Source: Alphaproteobacteria bacterium (GTDB lineage: Bacteria > Pseudomonadota > Alphaproteobacteria > SHVZ01). Taken from it: a stretch of 59,885 nt of DNA. Shown piece after piece: positions 17,721 through 27,625 of this stretch. The position numbers and the translations under genes are program-made. Each line of letters opens with the position of its first letter. The first letter of the stretch is position 1. Below the pieces are notes generated by a model, which did no database searches, was not told the DNA's origin, and saw nothing but the letters and a program-made list of their open reading frames with translations. The stretch is from positions 1 through 59,885 of the forward strand of contig VGEH01000005.1 of NCBI GenBank assembly GCA_016869375.1, written 5' to 3'.

Positions 17721-20674
17721 CGCAGCCGCAGACGCATCGCCTCGCCTATGGCGGCCGCATCGACCGCAGCCGCACGCTCCGTTTCACCTTCGACGGCCGC
17801 GCCTATGAGGGCCATCCCGGCGACACGCTCGCTTCGGCGCTGATGGCCAGCGGCGAGCGGCTGATCGGCCGCAGCTTCAAGTATCACCGCCCGCGCGGCA
17901 TCGTGACGGCGGGGCCGGAAGAACCCTGCGCGCTGGTCGAGCTGCGTACCGGCGCGTGCCGCGAGCCCAACACGCGCGCGACGGTCGCCGAGCTCTATGA
18001 CGGGCTGGAAGCGAACAGCCAGAACCGCTGGCCGTCGCTCGCGCTCGACATCAGCGCGATCAACCAGCTGGTCGGGCGCTTCCTCCCCGCTGGCTTCTAC
18101 TACAAGACCTTCATGTGGCCGGCCTCCTTCTGGGAGAAGGTCTACGAGCCGATCATCCGCCGTGCCGCCGGGCTCGGCCGCGCCGCGACCGCGACCGATC
18201 CCGACGAATACGAGTCGATCCAAGCGCATTGCGACGTGCTGGTCGTTGGCTCAGGCGCTGCCGGTCTCGCCGCCGCGCGTGCCGCTGGCGCCGCCGGCGC
18301 CCGCGTCATCCTCGCCGATCAGGATTTCGAGCTGGGCGGCGGCTTGCTGCTTGAGCCCGAGCAGGAGCCCTGGCGCCAGGGCATGCTCGCCGCGCTCTCC
18401 GGCATGCCGGAAGTGCGTCTGCTGCCGCGCACCACCGTCTTCGGCTTCTACGAGCATGACGTGCTCGGCGCCGTCGAGCGCGTTTCCGACCATTTGCCGG
18501 TCCCGCCCGAGCATGGCGTGCGCCAACGCGTCTGGACCATCCGCGCCAGGCAGACGGTGCTGGCGACCGGATCGACCGAGCGGCCGATCGCTTTCCCCAA
18601 CAACGACCGACCCGGCGTCATGCTCGCCTCGGCGGCGATGACCTATGTGCGGCGCTTCGGCGTGCGTCCGGGCGAGCGCGCCGTGATCTTCGCCAACAAC
18701 GACATCGCCTACAACGCCGCTTTCGCGCTCCACGATGCCGGCATCGCCGTTGCCGCGATCGTCGACGTCCGCAAGAAGGACTCAAAGCGCGCTGCGGCCG
18801 CCGCCGACCGCGGGATCGCGGTCAAGCTGGGATCGGTCATCTCGGATGTGAAGGGCAGCCGCGACATCCACGGCATTTCCTTCCGCAGCGTGAACGGCAC
18901 CGCTGAGCGCGTGCTCGATGCCGATCTCGTCTGCGTCTCCGGCGGCTGGAACCCGGCGGTGCACCTGCAGAGCCACACGCGTGCGCGCCTGACCTGGGAC
19001 AACGACCTCGCCGCTTTCCTGCCCGGCAAGCCGGTGCAGGCCGAGCGCTCGGCCGGCAGCGCCGCCGGCGTCTTCGGCATCGCGCGCTGCGCGGCCGACG
19101 GCGCCAAGGCAGGGCTCGAAGCCGCGGCAGCGCTCGGCTTCCGCGACGGCGCGGCCTTCGAGCTGCCGATGCCCGATGCCGAGATCGATCCCAAGGTGAA
19201 GCCGTTCTGGGAAGTGAAGGCGAAGGGCAAGGCCTTCGTCGACCTGCAGAACGATGTCACCACCGACGACATCCGCCTCGCCCATCGCGAGGGCTACACG
19301 CATATCGAGCATGCCAAGCGCTACACCACGCACAGCATGGCGACGGACCAGGGCCGCTTCTCCGGCATCCTCGGCACCGCCGTTCTGGCCGAGGCGCGCG
19401 GCGAGACGATCGAGAAGGTCGGCGTCCCGACCTTCCGCCCCTATGTCACGCCGGTCACCTGGGGCGCCATGGCCGGGCGCCATGCCGGCCATCACCTGCA
19501 GCCGGTGCGGCGCACGCCTCTGCACCACTGGCATGTGCGCAACCACGGCATCTTCCTCGAGACAGGGCTGTGGATGCGGCCGCTCTACTACTCCGCGACG
19601 CGCGAGACCGGCTGGGATCCGATCCTCAAGGAGGCGCGCGCGGTGCGCCAAGCCGTCGGCATCTGCGACGTCTCGACGCTCGGCAAGATCGACATCCAGG
19701 GCCGCGACGCCGGCATGTTCATGGACCGGCTCTACACCAACACCTTCTCGACGCTGGCAGTCGGCAAGGCGCGCTACGGGCTGATGCTGCGCGAGGACGG
19801 GATGGTCTTCGACGACGGCACGACCTCGCGCCTGTCGGAGAACCGCTACCTCATGACCACGACCACGGCCAAGGCGGCCGAGGTCCTGGCGCATATGGAG
19901 TTCTATCACCAGACCGTCTGGCCGGATCTCGACGTGCGCTACTGCACGGTCACCGACCAATGGGCGCAGATGTCGGTCGCCGGCCCGAAGACGCGGCTGG
20001 CACTCCAGGGCTGCGTCGAAGGACTCGACCTCTCGAACGAGGCCTTCCCCTTCATGGGCGTCGGCGATGCGACCATCGCCGGATGCCCGGTGCGGATCTA
20101 TCGCGTCAGCTTCTCGGGGGAGATGGCCTATGAGGTGGCGACGCCGGCCGGCTATGGCGAGCGCGTCTGGGAAGCGATCCTGGAGGCCGGCAAGCCGCAC
20201 GGCATCCTGCCCTACGGCCTCGAGGCGCTCGGCCTGCTCCGCATCGAGAAGGGCCATGTCGCCGGCCCCGAGCTCAACGGCCAGACCACGGCGCGCGATC
20301 TCGGCTTCGACAAGATGATGAAGAAGAAGGGCGACTTCATCGGCCGCGTGAACGGCGAACGCCCGCGCCTGATGGATAGCGACCGGCCGCGCCTGGTCGG
20401 CATCCGCGCCGTCGATCCGTCCTTCGAGAAGCGGCTTCGCGGCGGCGCTCACATCGTCGATCGGCCGAATTCGAAGGCGAGCCTCGGCTGGGCGACCAGC
20501 ATCACGCGTTCGGTCGAGCTGGAGCGCTGGCTCGGCCTCGCCATGGTCCGCAACGGGCCCGATCGCATCGGCCAGCGCCTCTACGCGACCTATCCGCTCA
20601 AGAACGAAGTGGTGGAGATCGAGATCTGCTCGCCTCATCACGTCGATCCGGAGAACCTCCGTGTCCGCGCCTGA
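17717..20674 (+). CDS. soxA: Sarcosine oxidase subunit alpha
   Basis: 985 aa. N-terminal 2Fe-2S-like fold, NAD/FAD Rossmann VLVVGSGAAGLAAA, and a C-terminal GcvT-like folate-binding domain. ATGA-coupled to soxD. Confidence 0.95.
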   Translation: MTQPQTHRLAYGGRIDRSRTLRFTFDGRAYEGHPGDTLASALMASGERLIGRSFKYHRPRGIVTAGPEEPCALVELRTGACREPNTRATVAELYDGLEANSQNRWPSLALDISAINQLVGRFLPAGFYYKTFMWPASFWEKVYEPIIRRAAGLGRAATATDPDEYESIQAHCDVLVVGSGAAGLAAARAAGAAGARVILADQDFELGGGLLLEPEQEPWRQGMLAALSGMPEVRLLPRTTVFGFYEHDVLGAVERVSDHLPVPPEHGVRQRVWTIRARQTVLATGSTERPIAFPNNDRPGVMLASAAMTYVRRFGVRPGERAVIFANNDIAYNAAFALHDAGIAVAAIVDVRKKDSKRAAAAADRGIAVKLGSVISDVKGSRDIHGISFRSVNGTAERVLDADLVCVSGGWNPAVHLQSHTRARLTWDNDLAAFLPGKPVQAERSAGSAAGVFGIARCAADGAKAGLEAAAALGFRDGAAFELPMPDAEIDPKVKPFWEVKAKGKAFVDLQNDVTTDDIRLAHREGYTHIEHAKRYTTHSMATDQGRFSGILGTAVLAEARGETIEKVGVPTFRPYVTPVTWGAMAGRHAGHHLQPVRRTPLHHWHVRNHGIFLETGLWMRPLYYSATRETGWDPILKEARAVRQAVGICDVSTLGKIDIQGRDAGMFMDRLYTNTFSTLAVGKARYGLMLREDGMVFDDGTTSRLSENRYLMTTTTAKAAEVLAHMEFYHQTVWPDLDVRYCTVTDQWAQMSVAGPKTRLALQGCVEGLDLSNEAFPFMGVGDATIAGCPVRIYRVSFSGEMAYEVATPAGYGERVWEAILEAGKPHGILPYGLEALGLLRIEKGHVAGPELNGQTTARDLGFDKMMKKKGDFIGRVNGERPRLMDSDRPRLVGIRAVDPSFEKRLRGGAHIVDRPNSKASLGWATSITRSVELERWLGLAMVRNGPDRIGQRLYATYPLKNEVVEIEICSPHHVDPENLRVRA

Positions 20675-21257
20675 TCGTCTCTCCCCTTTCGGTCCCGAGG
20701 CCAAGCCCGGGCGTCACGGCGCCGCCGGCGGCACGCCGGTGCTGATGACCGAACGCAAGGTCGACATCGTCCAGGTCATGGCCGGTCGCGACGCGAACGC
20801 CAAAGCGGCGAACCTCGTCAAGGACGCGACCGGCCTCGCCCTTCCCGGCCCGCGCAAGGTGGAGATCGCCGGCGATGCGATGGCGATCTGGATCCAGCCC
20901 TCCGGTTGGCTCGTGATCCGGCCGCGCGGCGAAGAAGGCGCGCTGGCGAAGAAGCTCGGCGGCAGCGACGACATCGCTGTCGTCGACCAGGGCCACGGCC
21001 GCTGCGTCCTGCGCCTGACAGGCGCCCATGCCGGCGAGGTTCTGGCCAAGGGCAGCCGCGTCGATCTGCATCCGCGCGTCTTCCCGCCCGGCAGCGTCGC
21101 CACCACGAGCATCGACCACATCACGGTCATGATCGTGAAGCTGGATGCGGTGCCGAGCTTCGATCTCGTGCTGCCGTCGAACTTCGCCGAAGCCTTCCTC
21201 GACTGGCTCCGGATGTCGGCGGCCGAGTTCGGCTACGAGATCCGGCCGGCGGCTTGA
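20661..21257 (+). CDS. soxG: Sarcosine oxidase subunit gamma
   Basis: 198 aa. GTG start overlapping the soxA end. Size and position are as in soxBDAG operons. Confidence 0.85.
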   Translation: MSAPDRLSPFGPEAKPGRHGAAGGTPVLMTERKVDIVQVMAGRDANAKAANLVKDATGLALPGPRKVEIAGDAMAIWIQPSGWLVIRPRGEEGALAKKLGGSDDIAVVDQGHGRCVLRLTGAHAGEVLAKGSRVDLHPRVFPPGSVATTSIDHITVMIVKLDAVPSFDLVLPSNFAEAFLDWLRMSAAEFGYEIRPAA

Positions 21258-21352
21258 GGGCACTCAGGCTGGTCCGCTACTGGCCAGAGCAGACACATCC
21301 GGCTTTGTGGAAAAAGCAAATTCTCTCAGTGGATTCTCGGATTTCATACTAA

Positions 21353-21377
21353 GCGGCTGACGCGCGGGCGCGTCCGC
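21353..21377. terminator. GC-rich hairpin between the convergent soxG and vapC genes
   Basis: GACGCGC gg GCGCGTC core with flanking GCG/CGC pairs. No clear U-tract. Confidence 0.25.
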
Positions 21378-21450
21378 TGCTGACTACGCCCGGCCATCGG
21401 GGGTTCGTGGGCGATCAGCAAGCAGCGCTGGACCGTTGAGAGCCCCCCGC

Positions 21451-21867
21451 TCAGGCGGCCCAGGGATCGATCACGGCGAGGCCGGCGGCCGTGAATGCGC
21501 TGGTATCGCGGGACGCTACAGCGAAACCGCGCGAGGCGGCGATCGCGGCGATATAGCCGTCGGGTGTAGGAAATCCCCTTCCAGCGGCGCGCGCCTTCAC
21601 GGCCAAATCGGCGTAGCAACGTGCCGCCTCGGTGTCGAAGGGCAGGATCCGACCGGCGTACAACTCCAGCACGCGGTCGAGGGCGACTCTCAGCTTCTCC
21701 CTGCGACTGCCTTTGAAAAGGACGCCGACGCCGAGCATCAGCTCGGCGACGGTGACGCTGGAGAGATAGAGGGTCTCCGCCGCCTGGGCGTCCAGCCAAT
21801 CGCGGACCGAGCCATCCGGTTCCGTCTTCATCGCCTCGGAAACGACGTTGGTGTCGAGAAGGATCAT
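21451..21867 (-). CDS. vapC: Type II toxin, PIN-domain VapC/FitB-like
   Basis: MILLDTNVVSE... PIN acidic residues. 138 aa, 11 nt downstream of a small RHH gene. Confidence 0.9.
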   Translation of the reverse strand: MILLDTNVVSEAMKTEPDGSVRDWLDAQAAETLYLSSVTVAELMLGVGVLFKGSRREKLRVALDRVLELYAGRILPFDTEAARCYADLAVKARAAGRGFPTPDGYIAAIAASRGFAVASRDTSAFTAAGLAVIDPWAA

Positions 21868-21878
21868 GGCAGGCGCGT

Positions 21879-22133
21879 TCAGCGCAGACGAAATGGCTCG
21901 GCTGGCTTTTTATCGCGCGCCTGATCGAGCGCCTCGAGATCGGCGTCGTCGATCCCAAGCTTTCGGCTGATCTCCGACATCGCCGTGCCGAGACGCAACC
22001 GACTGGACGGCCGCACCGCCTCCTCCAAAATGGCGCGGATCTCGGCTTCGGTGCTGCGATCGTGGCGCGCCGCGCGAAGCTTCAAGGCTCGGTGCGCCTC
22101 GGCAGAGAGATTGCGGACGGTGACGGCCGGCAT
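21879..22133 (-). CDS. Type II antitoxin, FitA/Arc-like ribbon-helix-helix
   Basis: MPAVTVRNLSAEAHRALKLRAARHDRSTEAEIRAILEEAV is a typical RHH antitoxin N-terminus. Confidence 0.85.
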   Translation of the reverse strand: MPAVTVRNLSAEAHRALKLRAARHDRSTEAEIRAILEEAVRPSSRLRLGTAMSEISRKLGIDDADLEALDQARDKKPAEPFRLR

Positions 22134-22153
22134 GATGGCACCCCTCGAAGTCC

Positions 22154-22189
22154 GATAGCAACGCTATCAATGTATGATAATCGCTATCA
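22154..22189. promoter_or_regulatory. Putative operator of the VapC/FitA-like TA operon
   Basis: Two inverted repeats sharing GCTATC(A): GATAGCaacGCTATC (22154-22168) and TGATAatcgcTATCA (22175-22189). They lie 20-55 nt upstream of the antitoxin start. Confidence 0.45.
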
Positions 22190-22226
22190 CCGTTCAACGA
22201 TGACATATCCTAGCCTAGCGGCCCGT

Positions 22227-23540
22227 TCAGCCGCCTTCCCTCTTCGGCAACCCCTTGGCGCCCGACAGCGACGCAGCCTCTAGGATCGACCTGGTGAGCC
22301 TGGCGCCGAGGAAGTTGGCGTCGGTCAGGTCGGCGCCTTTGAAGTGCGCCCCCATGAGATCGGCGTAGGAGAAGTCGGCCCCCCTGAGGCTGGCCCCGTC
22401 GAGCTTCGCCTCGCGGAGACGGGCATTGCGGAAGGTGGCGCCGTCGAGCGTCGCCGCCTTGGTCCGGTTCGGCGCGAGCAGGAGGCCGGTGAGGTTTGCG
22501 CCGGTGAGGTTCGCGCCGTCGAGCTTGGCGCCGGCGAGCGAGATGCCGCGGAGATCGGCGCCGTCGAGATTGGCGCTGCGGAGATCGGCCTTGTCGAGCT
22601 TGGCCGCCTGCAGCTGCGCCTTGATCAGGTTCATTCCGTACATGATCGCACCGACGGCGCGGATGCCAGTGAGCGGATGCCCGGCCAGCGAAGCGCCGCG
22701 CAGGTCGAAGCCGCTGAGATCCAGCAGACGCCCGCCATGGCCGGCCGTCTCGATGTAGTTCTGGTGATGCGCGACCAGCTCCTCGAGCGGCCTGCCCAGC
22801 TCCTCGACGGTCTTGCCGGCCGGCTTGCCGGTCAGCACGCCTTCCATATCGGCGCCGCCGGTCTCGGCCATGTTCATGTTGGCGCCGGTGATCACCGCGC
22901 CGGTGAGCTTGGAGTCGCGCAGATCGGCGCCGGAGAGGTCGGCGCCTTCCAGATTGGCGCGCGTCAGATTGGCGTTACGCAGATTGGCGCGGATCAGCTT
23001 GGTGCCGCGCATGGTGCAGTCGGTGAAGTCCGTATGAACCGCCTGCGCCCCGGAAAGCCTGGCGTTGTCGAGGTTCGCCTTGGTGAAGAGCGCCGACTCC
23101 ATGTCGGCCGGGCTCGAGTCGATCGTGCGGACCGCCCAGTCCTTGCTTTCCTGCTTGTCGACGATGGCGCCGTCGCGAAGATCGGCGTCGAAGAGGTTGG
23201 CGTTGGTCAGGTCGGCACCACGCAGCACGGCGCCGCGCAGATCCGCCTTGGTCAGGTTCGCACCGATGAGGTTCGCCCGGCGGAGATCGGCGCAGAACAG
23301 CGTCGCGCCTTCGAGCTTGGCGTCGGCGAGGATAGCGCCCTGGAGATTGGCGCCGGTGAGATCGGCGCCGCTCAGATCCTTGCCGGCGAAGCTCAAGCCC
23401 GCGAGCACGAAATTGGCGAGGGCTGCGCGGGCACCGCCATGCTTGGCCTGACGGAACATCGCGTGGCGCTCGATCACGCGATCGAGCTGCTCCTGGGTCA
23501 GCCTGATCGGGGCATCCGGCTTAGGCTTCTTCAGTTCCAA
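22227..23540 (-). CDS. Pentapeptide-repeat protein (two repeat blocks)
   Basis: Long runs of A(D/N)LxG-type pentapeptides (ADLSGADLTGANLQGAIL...) in 437 aa. Confidence 0.9.
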   Translation of the reverse strand: MELKKPKPDAPIRLTQEQLDRVIERHAMFRQAKHGGARAALANFVLAGLSFAGKDLSGADLTGANLQGAILADAKLEGATLFCADLRRANLIGANLTKADLRGAVLRGADLTNANLFDADLRDGAIVDKQESKDWAVRTIDSSPADMESALFTKANLDNARLSGAQAVHTDFTDCTMRGTKLIRANLRNANLTRANLEGADLSGADLRDSKLTGAVITGANMNMAETGGADMEGVLTGKPAGKTVEELGRPLEELVAHHQNYIETAGHGGRLLDLSGFDLRGASLAGHPLTGIRAVGAIMYGMNLIKAQLQAAKLDKADLRSANLDGADLRGISLAGAKLDGANLTGANLTGLLLAPNRTKAATLDGATFRNARLREAKLDGASLRGADFSYADLMGAHFKGADLTDANFLGARLTRSILEAASLSGAKGLPKREGG

Positions 23541-23667
23541 GGGCGTCCTTTCTGGACGTCGCCAATACTTTAGTAAAAATAATATCTAATAGACGTCGTC
23601 CCAAGCTGTGCACGGCGTCACACAAAATTGGTTAATGATTTCAGCGTCTCTTCGCAGGCGCGAACGA

Positions 23668-25245
23668 CTAGAAATCGGTCTTCACACCGCCTTCGGCCTT
23701 GCGACTCGCGACGAAGGCGTCGAGCGCTTCGGCGGCTGCCGGGTCCATCGGCGGCGGCTGGTAGCGGGCGAGCGTTTCCTTCCAGAGGCGGTTGGACTTT
23801 TCCATCGCCGTCGGCGATCCGGCCTCGCGCCAGCTCTCGAAATTCCGCCAGTCGGAAACCAGCGGCGAATAGAAGGCCGTCTTGTAGCGGCTCTGGGTAT
23901 GCACGGCGCCGAAGTAGTGACCGCCCGGCCCGACCTCGCGGATCGCATCCAGGGCCAGCGTCTCCTCGCTGATCTCCAGCGGGTCGAGATATTGCGAGAC
24001 CATCTGCAGCAGATCGACGTCGACGATGGTCTTCTCGAAGGAGGCGGTGAGGCCGCCCTCCATCCATCCGGCCGAGTGCAGGATGAAGTTGCCGCCGCCC
24101 ATCACCGCACCCCAGAGCGAGAAGACGGACTCATACGCCGCCTGCGCATCGACCGTGTTGGCGGCGCAGGTGTTCGAGGTTCGATAGGGCAGCTTGTAGC
24201 GGCGCGCGAGCTGGCCGCCGACCGTGGCTGCCTTCATGTACTCGGGCGTACCGAAAGCAGGCGCCCCCGACTTCATGTCGACATTCGAGGTGAAGCCGCC
24301 ATAGACCACCGGCGCGCCGGGACGGACGATCTGGGTAAGCGCGATGCCCGCCAGCGCCTCGGCGTTCTGCTGCGCCAGCGCGCCGGCGACGGTCACGGGG
24401 GCCATCGCGCCGGCGAGCGTGAACGGGGTCATGATGATGACCTGGTTCCGCGACGACATCTCCATGATGCCCTGGAGCATCGGCGCATCGAGCCGGAGCG
24501 GCGACGAGGAGTTGATCACCGTGATCAGCGAGGGCTCGCGCTCGAGCTGCTCCTCTGAGATGCCACGGGCGAGCCGCACGATCTCCAGCGCGTCGCGGTT
24601 GCGCTGGCGGCCGAGAGAATAGGCGTGAAACGCCTTGTCGGTGAGCTTGGCGAGATCCGAGAGGCAGTCGAGATGCCGGATCGAGGCATGCAGGTCGACG
24701 GGCTCGACCGGGTAGCCGCCGGTCATGTGGATGATGTTGAAGCTCTGCGCCAGCTTCACCAGGTTGCGGAAATCCTCGTGATTGCCGGGCCGGCGGCCCT
24801 TGTCGGCATCCGAGCAATTGGGGGCACTTGCGACCTGCGCGAAGATCACCTTGTCGCCGCCGAAATCGAGATTGTGCGCCGGGTTGCGCGCATGCAGCGT
24901 GAAGGTGCTCGGCGCCGTCGCGATCTTCTCCTCGATGAAAGCGCGGTCGAAGCGTACGCGCTGCTGTCCTGGCGTGGTCCTGGCGCCGGCTTTGGCAAGC
25001 AAGGCGATGGCGTCCGGGTCGAGGAAATCCATGCCGATCTCTTCGAGGATCGTCAGGGACGCGTTGTGGATCGCCTCGAGCTCGTCGGCACTCAGGATCT
25101 CGACCGGCGGGAAGCGCCGACGCGGCTGGCGAAAGGGAAACGCATCGCCGCCCGCGGCGACTTCCGCGGCTCTCCCGGCATGGCGTGCACGCCCGCCGCG
25201 CCGTTCCCGGCCCTCGCCGCCTTGCCGTTCCGACGGCTCGGTCAT
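23668..25245 (-). CDS. MttB-superfamily (non-pyrrolysine) methyltransferase, paralogue 1
   Basis: 525 aa, uninterrupted. Blocks ELEAIHNASLTILEEIGMDF, VINSSSPLRLD, TPFTLAGAMAPVTVAGALAQQNAEALAGIAL, GGFTSNVDMKSGAPAFGTPE and a C-terminal GGVKTDF are typical of the trimethylamine methyltransferase family. Confidence 0.9.
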   Translation of the reverse strand: MTEPSERQGGEGRERRGGRARHAGRAAEVAAGGDAFPFRQPRRRFPPVEILSADELEAIHNASLTILEEIGMDFLDPDAIALLAKAGARTTPGQQRVRFDRAFIEEKIATAPSTFTLHARNPAHNLDFGGDKVIFAQVASAPNCSDADKGRRPGNHEDFRNLVKLAQSFNIIHMTGGYPVEPVDLHASIRHLDCLSDLAKLTDKAFHAYSLGRQRNRDALEIVRLARGISEEQLEREPSLITVINSSSPLRLDAPMLQGIMEMSSRNQVIIMTPFTLAGAMAPVTVAGALAQQNAEALAGIALTQIVRPGAPVVYGGFTSNVDMKSGAPAFGTPEYMKAATVGGQLARRYKLPYRTSNTCAANTVDAQAAYESVFSLWGAVMGGGNFILHSAGWMEGGLTASFEKTIVDVDLLQMVSQYLDPLEISEETLALDAIREVGPGGHYFGAVHTQSRYKTAFYSPLVSDWRNFESWREAGSPTAMEKSNRLWKETLARYQPPPMDPAAAEALDAFVASRKAEGGVKTDF

Positions 25246-25328
25246 AGTGTGCCCCTCGTCATTCTCGCCCGCGCGGCCGCAAGGTAGTGCAACGTCGCGC
25301 CTCTAGCCACCTTGCTCCAGACCCGACC

Positions 25329-26474
25329 ATGAAAACCCTGTACCCCGTTCCGGAAATCGCCGTCGGTGTCGGCCGGATCGACAAGATCGGCGCCGACCTG
25401 GCCGGCCTCAAGGAAGCGCCCAAGCGCGTGCTCCTGGTGATCGACCGCGTGCTCTCCCAGGGCGGGGTCGCCAAGCGCGTCCGCAAGGCGCTGGCTACCA
25501 CCAATCATGAGTTGGCCCTGTGGGACGGCTTCGCCGGCGAGCCGACCGCGGCTCAGATCGACGACGCGGCGAAGCTTGCCCGAACGCATGACGTCGAGGC
25601 TGTCATCGGCATCGGCGGCGGCTCCGCCCTCGACGTCGCCAAGCTGGTCGCGGCGATCGCAAGCGCGCCAGCCGGCGTCGAGCACTACGCTTTCTGCGCC
25701 AACCCGCTGCCGGCGAAGCCGCTGCCGGTCCTCTGCGTGCCAACCACTGCCGGCACCGGCTCCGAGACCACGCTCACCGCGATCTTCGCCAACGCCGCCG
25801 GCAAGAAAGCCTGGGCCTGGGGACCGGAGCTCGCGACGCGCAAGGCGATCCTCGATGCGAGTCTGACCATTTCCCTGCCCGCACCTCTGACCGCCGCCAC
25901 CGGCATCGACGCCCTGGTTCATGCGGTCGAGTCCTGCACCAATGCCAACCGCTTCGAGGCCAACGACGTGATCGCCCATGCCGCGATCCGTCTGGTGGCG
26001 CGTCATCTCCCGACGGCCGTCCGCGCCCCGCAGAACCTGGAAGCGCGTGAAGGCATGCTGGTCGCCTCCTGCTATGCCGGCATCGCCATCAACAACACCG
26101 GCACCGCGATCGCGCACAACATCGCGCATGCGCTGGGCAGCCTCGGCAAGGTCCATCACGGCAGGGCCGCCGGCCTCGGCCTACGCGCTTCGCTGCCGTG
26201 GAGCCTGCCGGCGAGCGAGAGCGCCTTCGCCGATGTCGCCGCTGCAATGGGCGGATCACGCGACGCGAAAGCCCTGCCCGACCTCGTCGACGACTTGATC
26301 CGCGTCGTCGGCATGAAGGTGACGCTCGCCGACGAGCTCCCCGGCATCACGCCGGAACGCCTGGCCGAGGAGATGGCGCTGCCGGAGAACGACGCGATGC
26401 GGAAATCCTCGGCACGTCCGTCGACCGACCGCGACCTCCGCGATCTCGCCCGCGCCGTCCTCACCGCGAGCTGA
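25329..26474 (+). CDS. Iron-containing (group III) alcohol dehydrogenase
   Basis: GIGGGSALDVAKL and later His-rich metal-site blocks (IDALVHAVE, AHNIAHALG). Start trimmed to the ATG at 25329. Confidence 0.85.
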   Translation: MKTLYPVPEIAVGVGRIDKIGADLAGLKEAPKRVLLVIDRVLSQGGVAKRVRKALATTNHELALWDGFAGEPTAAQIDDAAKLARTHDVEAVIGIGGGSALDVAKLVAAIASAPAGVEHYAFCANPLPAKPLPVLCVPTTAGTGSETTLTAIFANAAGKKAWAWGPELATRKAILDASLTISLPAPLTAATGIDALVHAVESCTNANRFEANDVIAHAAIRLVARHLPTAVRAPQNLEAREGMLVASCYAGIAINNTGTAIAHNIAHALGSLGKVHHGRAAGLGLRASLPWSLPASESAFADVAAAMGGSRDAKALPDLVDDLIRVVGMKVTLADELPGITPERLAEEMALPENDAMRKSSARPSTDRDLRDLARAVLTAS

Positions 26475-26480
26475 CATAAG

Positions 26481-27611
26481 ATGAAGATCACCGCGATCGA
26501 GATCACCCAGCACCAGCTGCCCCTGGACCCGCCCTTCAATCCGAGCTGGTCGTCGCGGCCGCGGCTGAAATTCGATGCGACCATCGTCCGCGTCCACACC
26601 GACGAAGGCCTGACCGGCATCGGCTCTGGCGACTACATGCTGGGCTTCGCCGGGCACGAGCACCTGTTCATCGGCCAGGACCCGCTCCAGCTCGAACGCC
26701 ATTTCCGCGTGATCGACCACATCACCTTCCACTACGGCCGCGCCTGGCCGCTCGACCTCGCGCTCTGGGATCTCGCCGGCAAGGTGGCGGGGCAGCCATG
26801 CTGGCGGCTCCTCGGCGGGCTTTCCAACCGCCTTCCCTGCTATGCCTCCTCCGGCACGCTGCGCGATCCCAAGGCACTCGCCGAGCTTTCCGAGCGCGCG
26901 ATCGCGCGTGGCTTCAAGGCCATGAAGATCCGCTTCCGCCGCGGCTCCTGGCGATCCGACATCGCCGCGCTCGAAGCCGTGCGCGCCCGCGTCGGCAACC
27001 GGATCGAGCTGATGGTCGACTGCAATCAGGGCTGGCGCTTCCCGTGGGACACGATGGCCGCCTGGACATTGAAGGACGCGCTGACCGTCGGGCGCGAGCT
27101 GGAACGGCTCGGAGTCTACTGGATGGAAGAGCCGCTGCACCGCGCCGACCGCCAGGGCATGCGGAAGCTCCGCGACGCGCTCGACATCCGCATCGCCGGC
27201 GGCGAGCTCAATCGCGAGATGAGCGAGCTGCGAGACGTGATCCAGGAGGGCTGCCTCGACGTGCTGCAGCCGGACGTCGTCTCGATCGGCGGCATCACAG
27301 GCTTAGCCAAGATCGCGGCGATGGCGAACGCCAACAACATCACCTTCACCCCGCATACATGGGGCAACGGCATCGGGCTTCTCGCCAACGCCCATCTCGT
27401 CGCCAGCACGACCGATCCCAGCTATCTCGAATTCCCCTGGGATCCGCCGGAATGGACGGTCGAGCGGCGCGACTTCATGCTGACCCAGCCGGCCGATGTC
27501 GACCGCGAGGGGAATCTCGTTCTCGGCGAAGCGCCCGGCCTCGGCTTCGAGCTCGACGAGGCGGCGACCAGGCGTACGCTGGTCGAGGGCGTCGTGAAGT
27601 CGAACAACTGA
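26481..27611 (+). CDS. Enolase-superfamily enzyme (mandelate racemase/muconate lactonizing family)
   Basis: Capping domain followed by a barrel with metal ligands in MVDCNQGW, WMEEP and IAGGE, and a His in FTPHTWG. Confidence 0.85.
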   Translation: MKITAIEITQHQLPLDPPFNPSWSSRPRLKFDATIVRVHTDEGLTGIGSGDYMLGFAGHEHLFIGQDPLQLERHFRVIDHITFHYGRAWPLDLALWDLAGKVAGQPCWRLLGGLSNRLPCYASSGTLRDPKALAELSERAIARGFKAMKIRFRRGSWRSDIAALEAVRARVGNRIELMVDCNQGWRFPWDTMAAWTLKDALTVGRELERLGVYWMEEPLHRADRQGMRKLRDALDIRIAGGELNREMSELRDVIQEGCLDVLQPDVVSIGGITGLAKIAAMANANNITFTPHTWGNGIGLLANAHLVASTTDPSYLEFPWDPPEWTVERRDFMLTQPADVDREGNLVLGEAPGLGFELDEAATRRTLVEGVVKSNN

Positions 27612-27625
27612 CGGTTGGACCACCT

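Noticed and set aside
22344-23573. 409-aa plus ORF that itself looks repeat-like (…GAVE/IGA…).
   Set aside because: It is the reverse-complement reading of the pentapeptide-repeat gene, so its periodicity is inherited. The minus frame has the canonical A(D/N)LxG repeats, a sensible start and an AT-rich leader.
26798-27625. 5' two-thirds of the 426-aa plus ORF 26798-28078. Similar 5' extensions occur on track ORFs 33796-35772, 30027-31457, 45070-45951, 46064-47029, 13066-13503 and 5443-7200.
   Set aside because: The extensions overlap the preceding well-supported gene in another frame and are low-complexity. In each case an internal start with an RBS, or with stop/start coupling, gives a protein of canonical family length.
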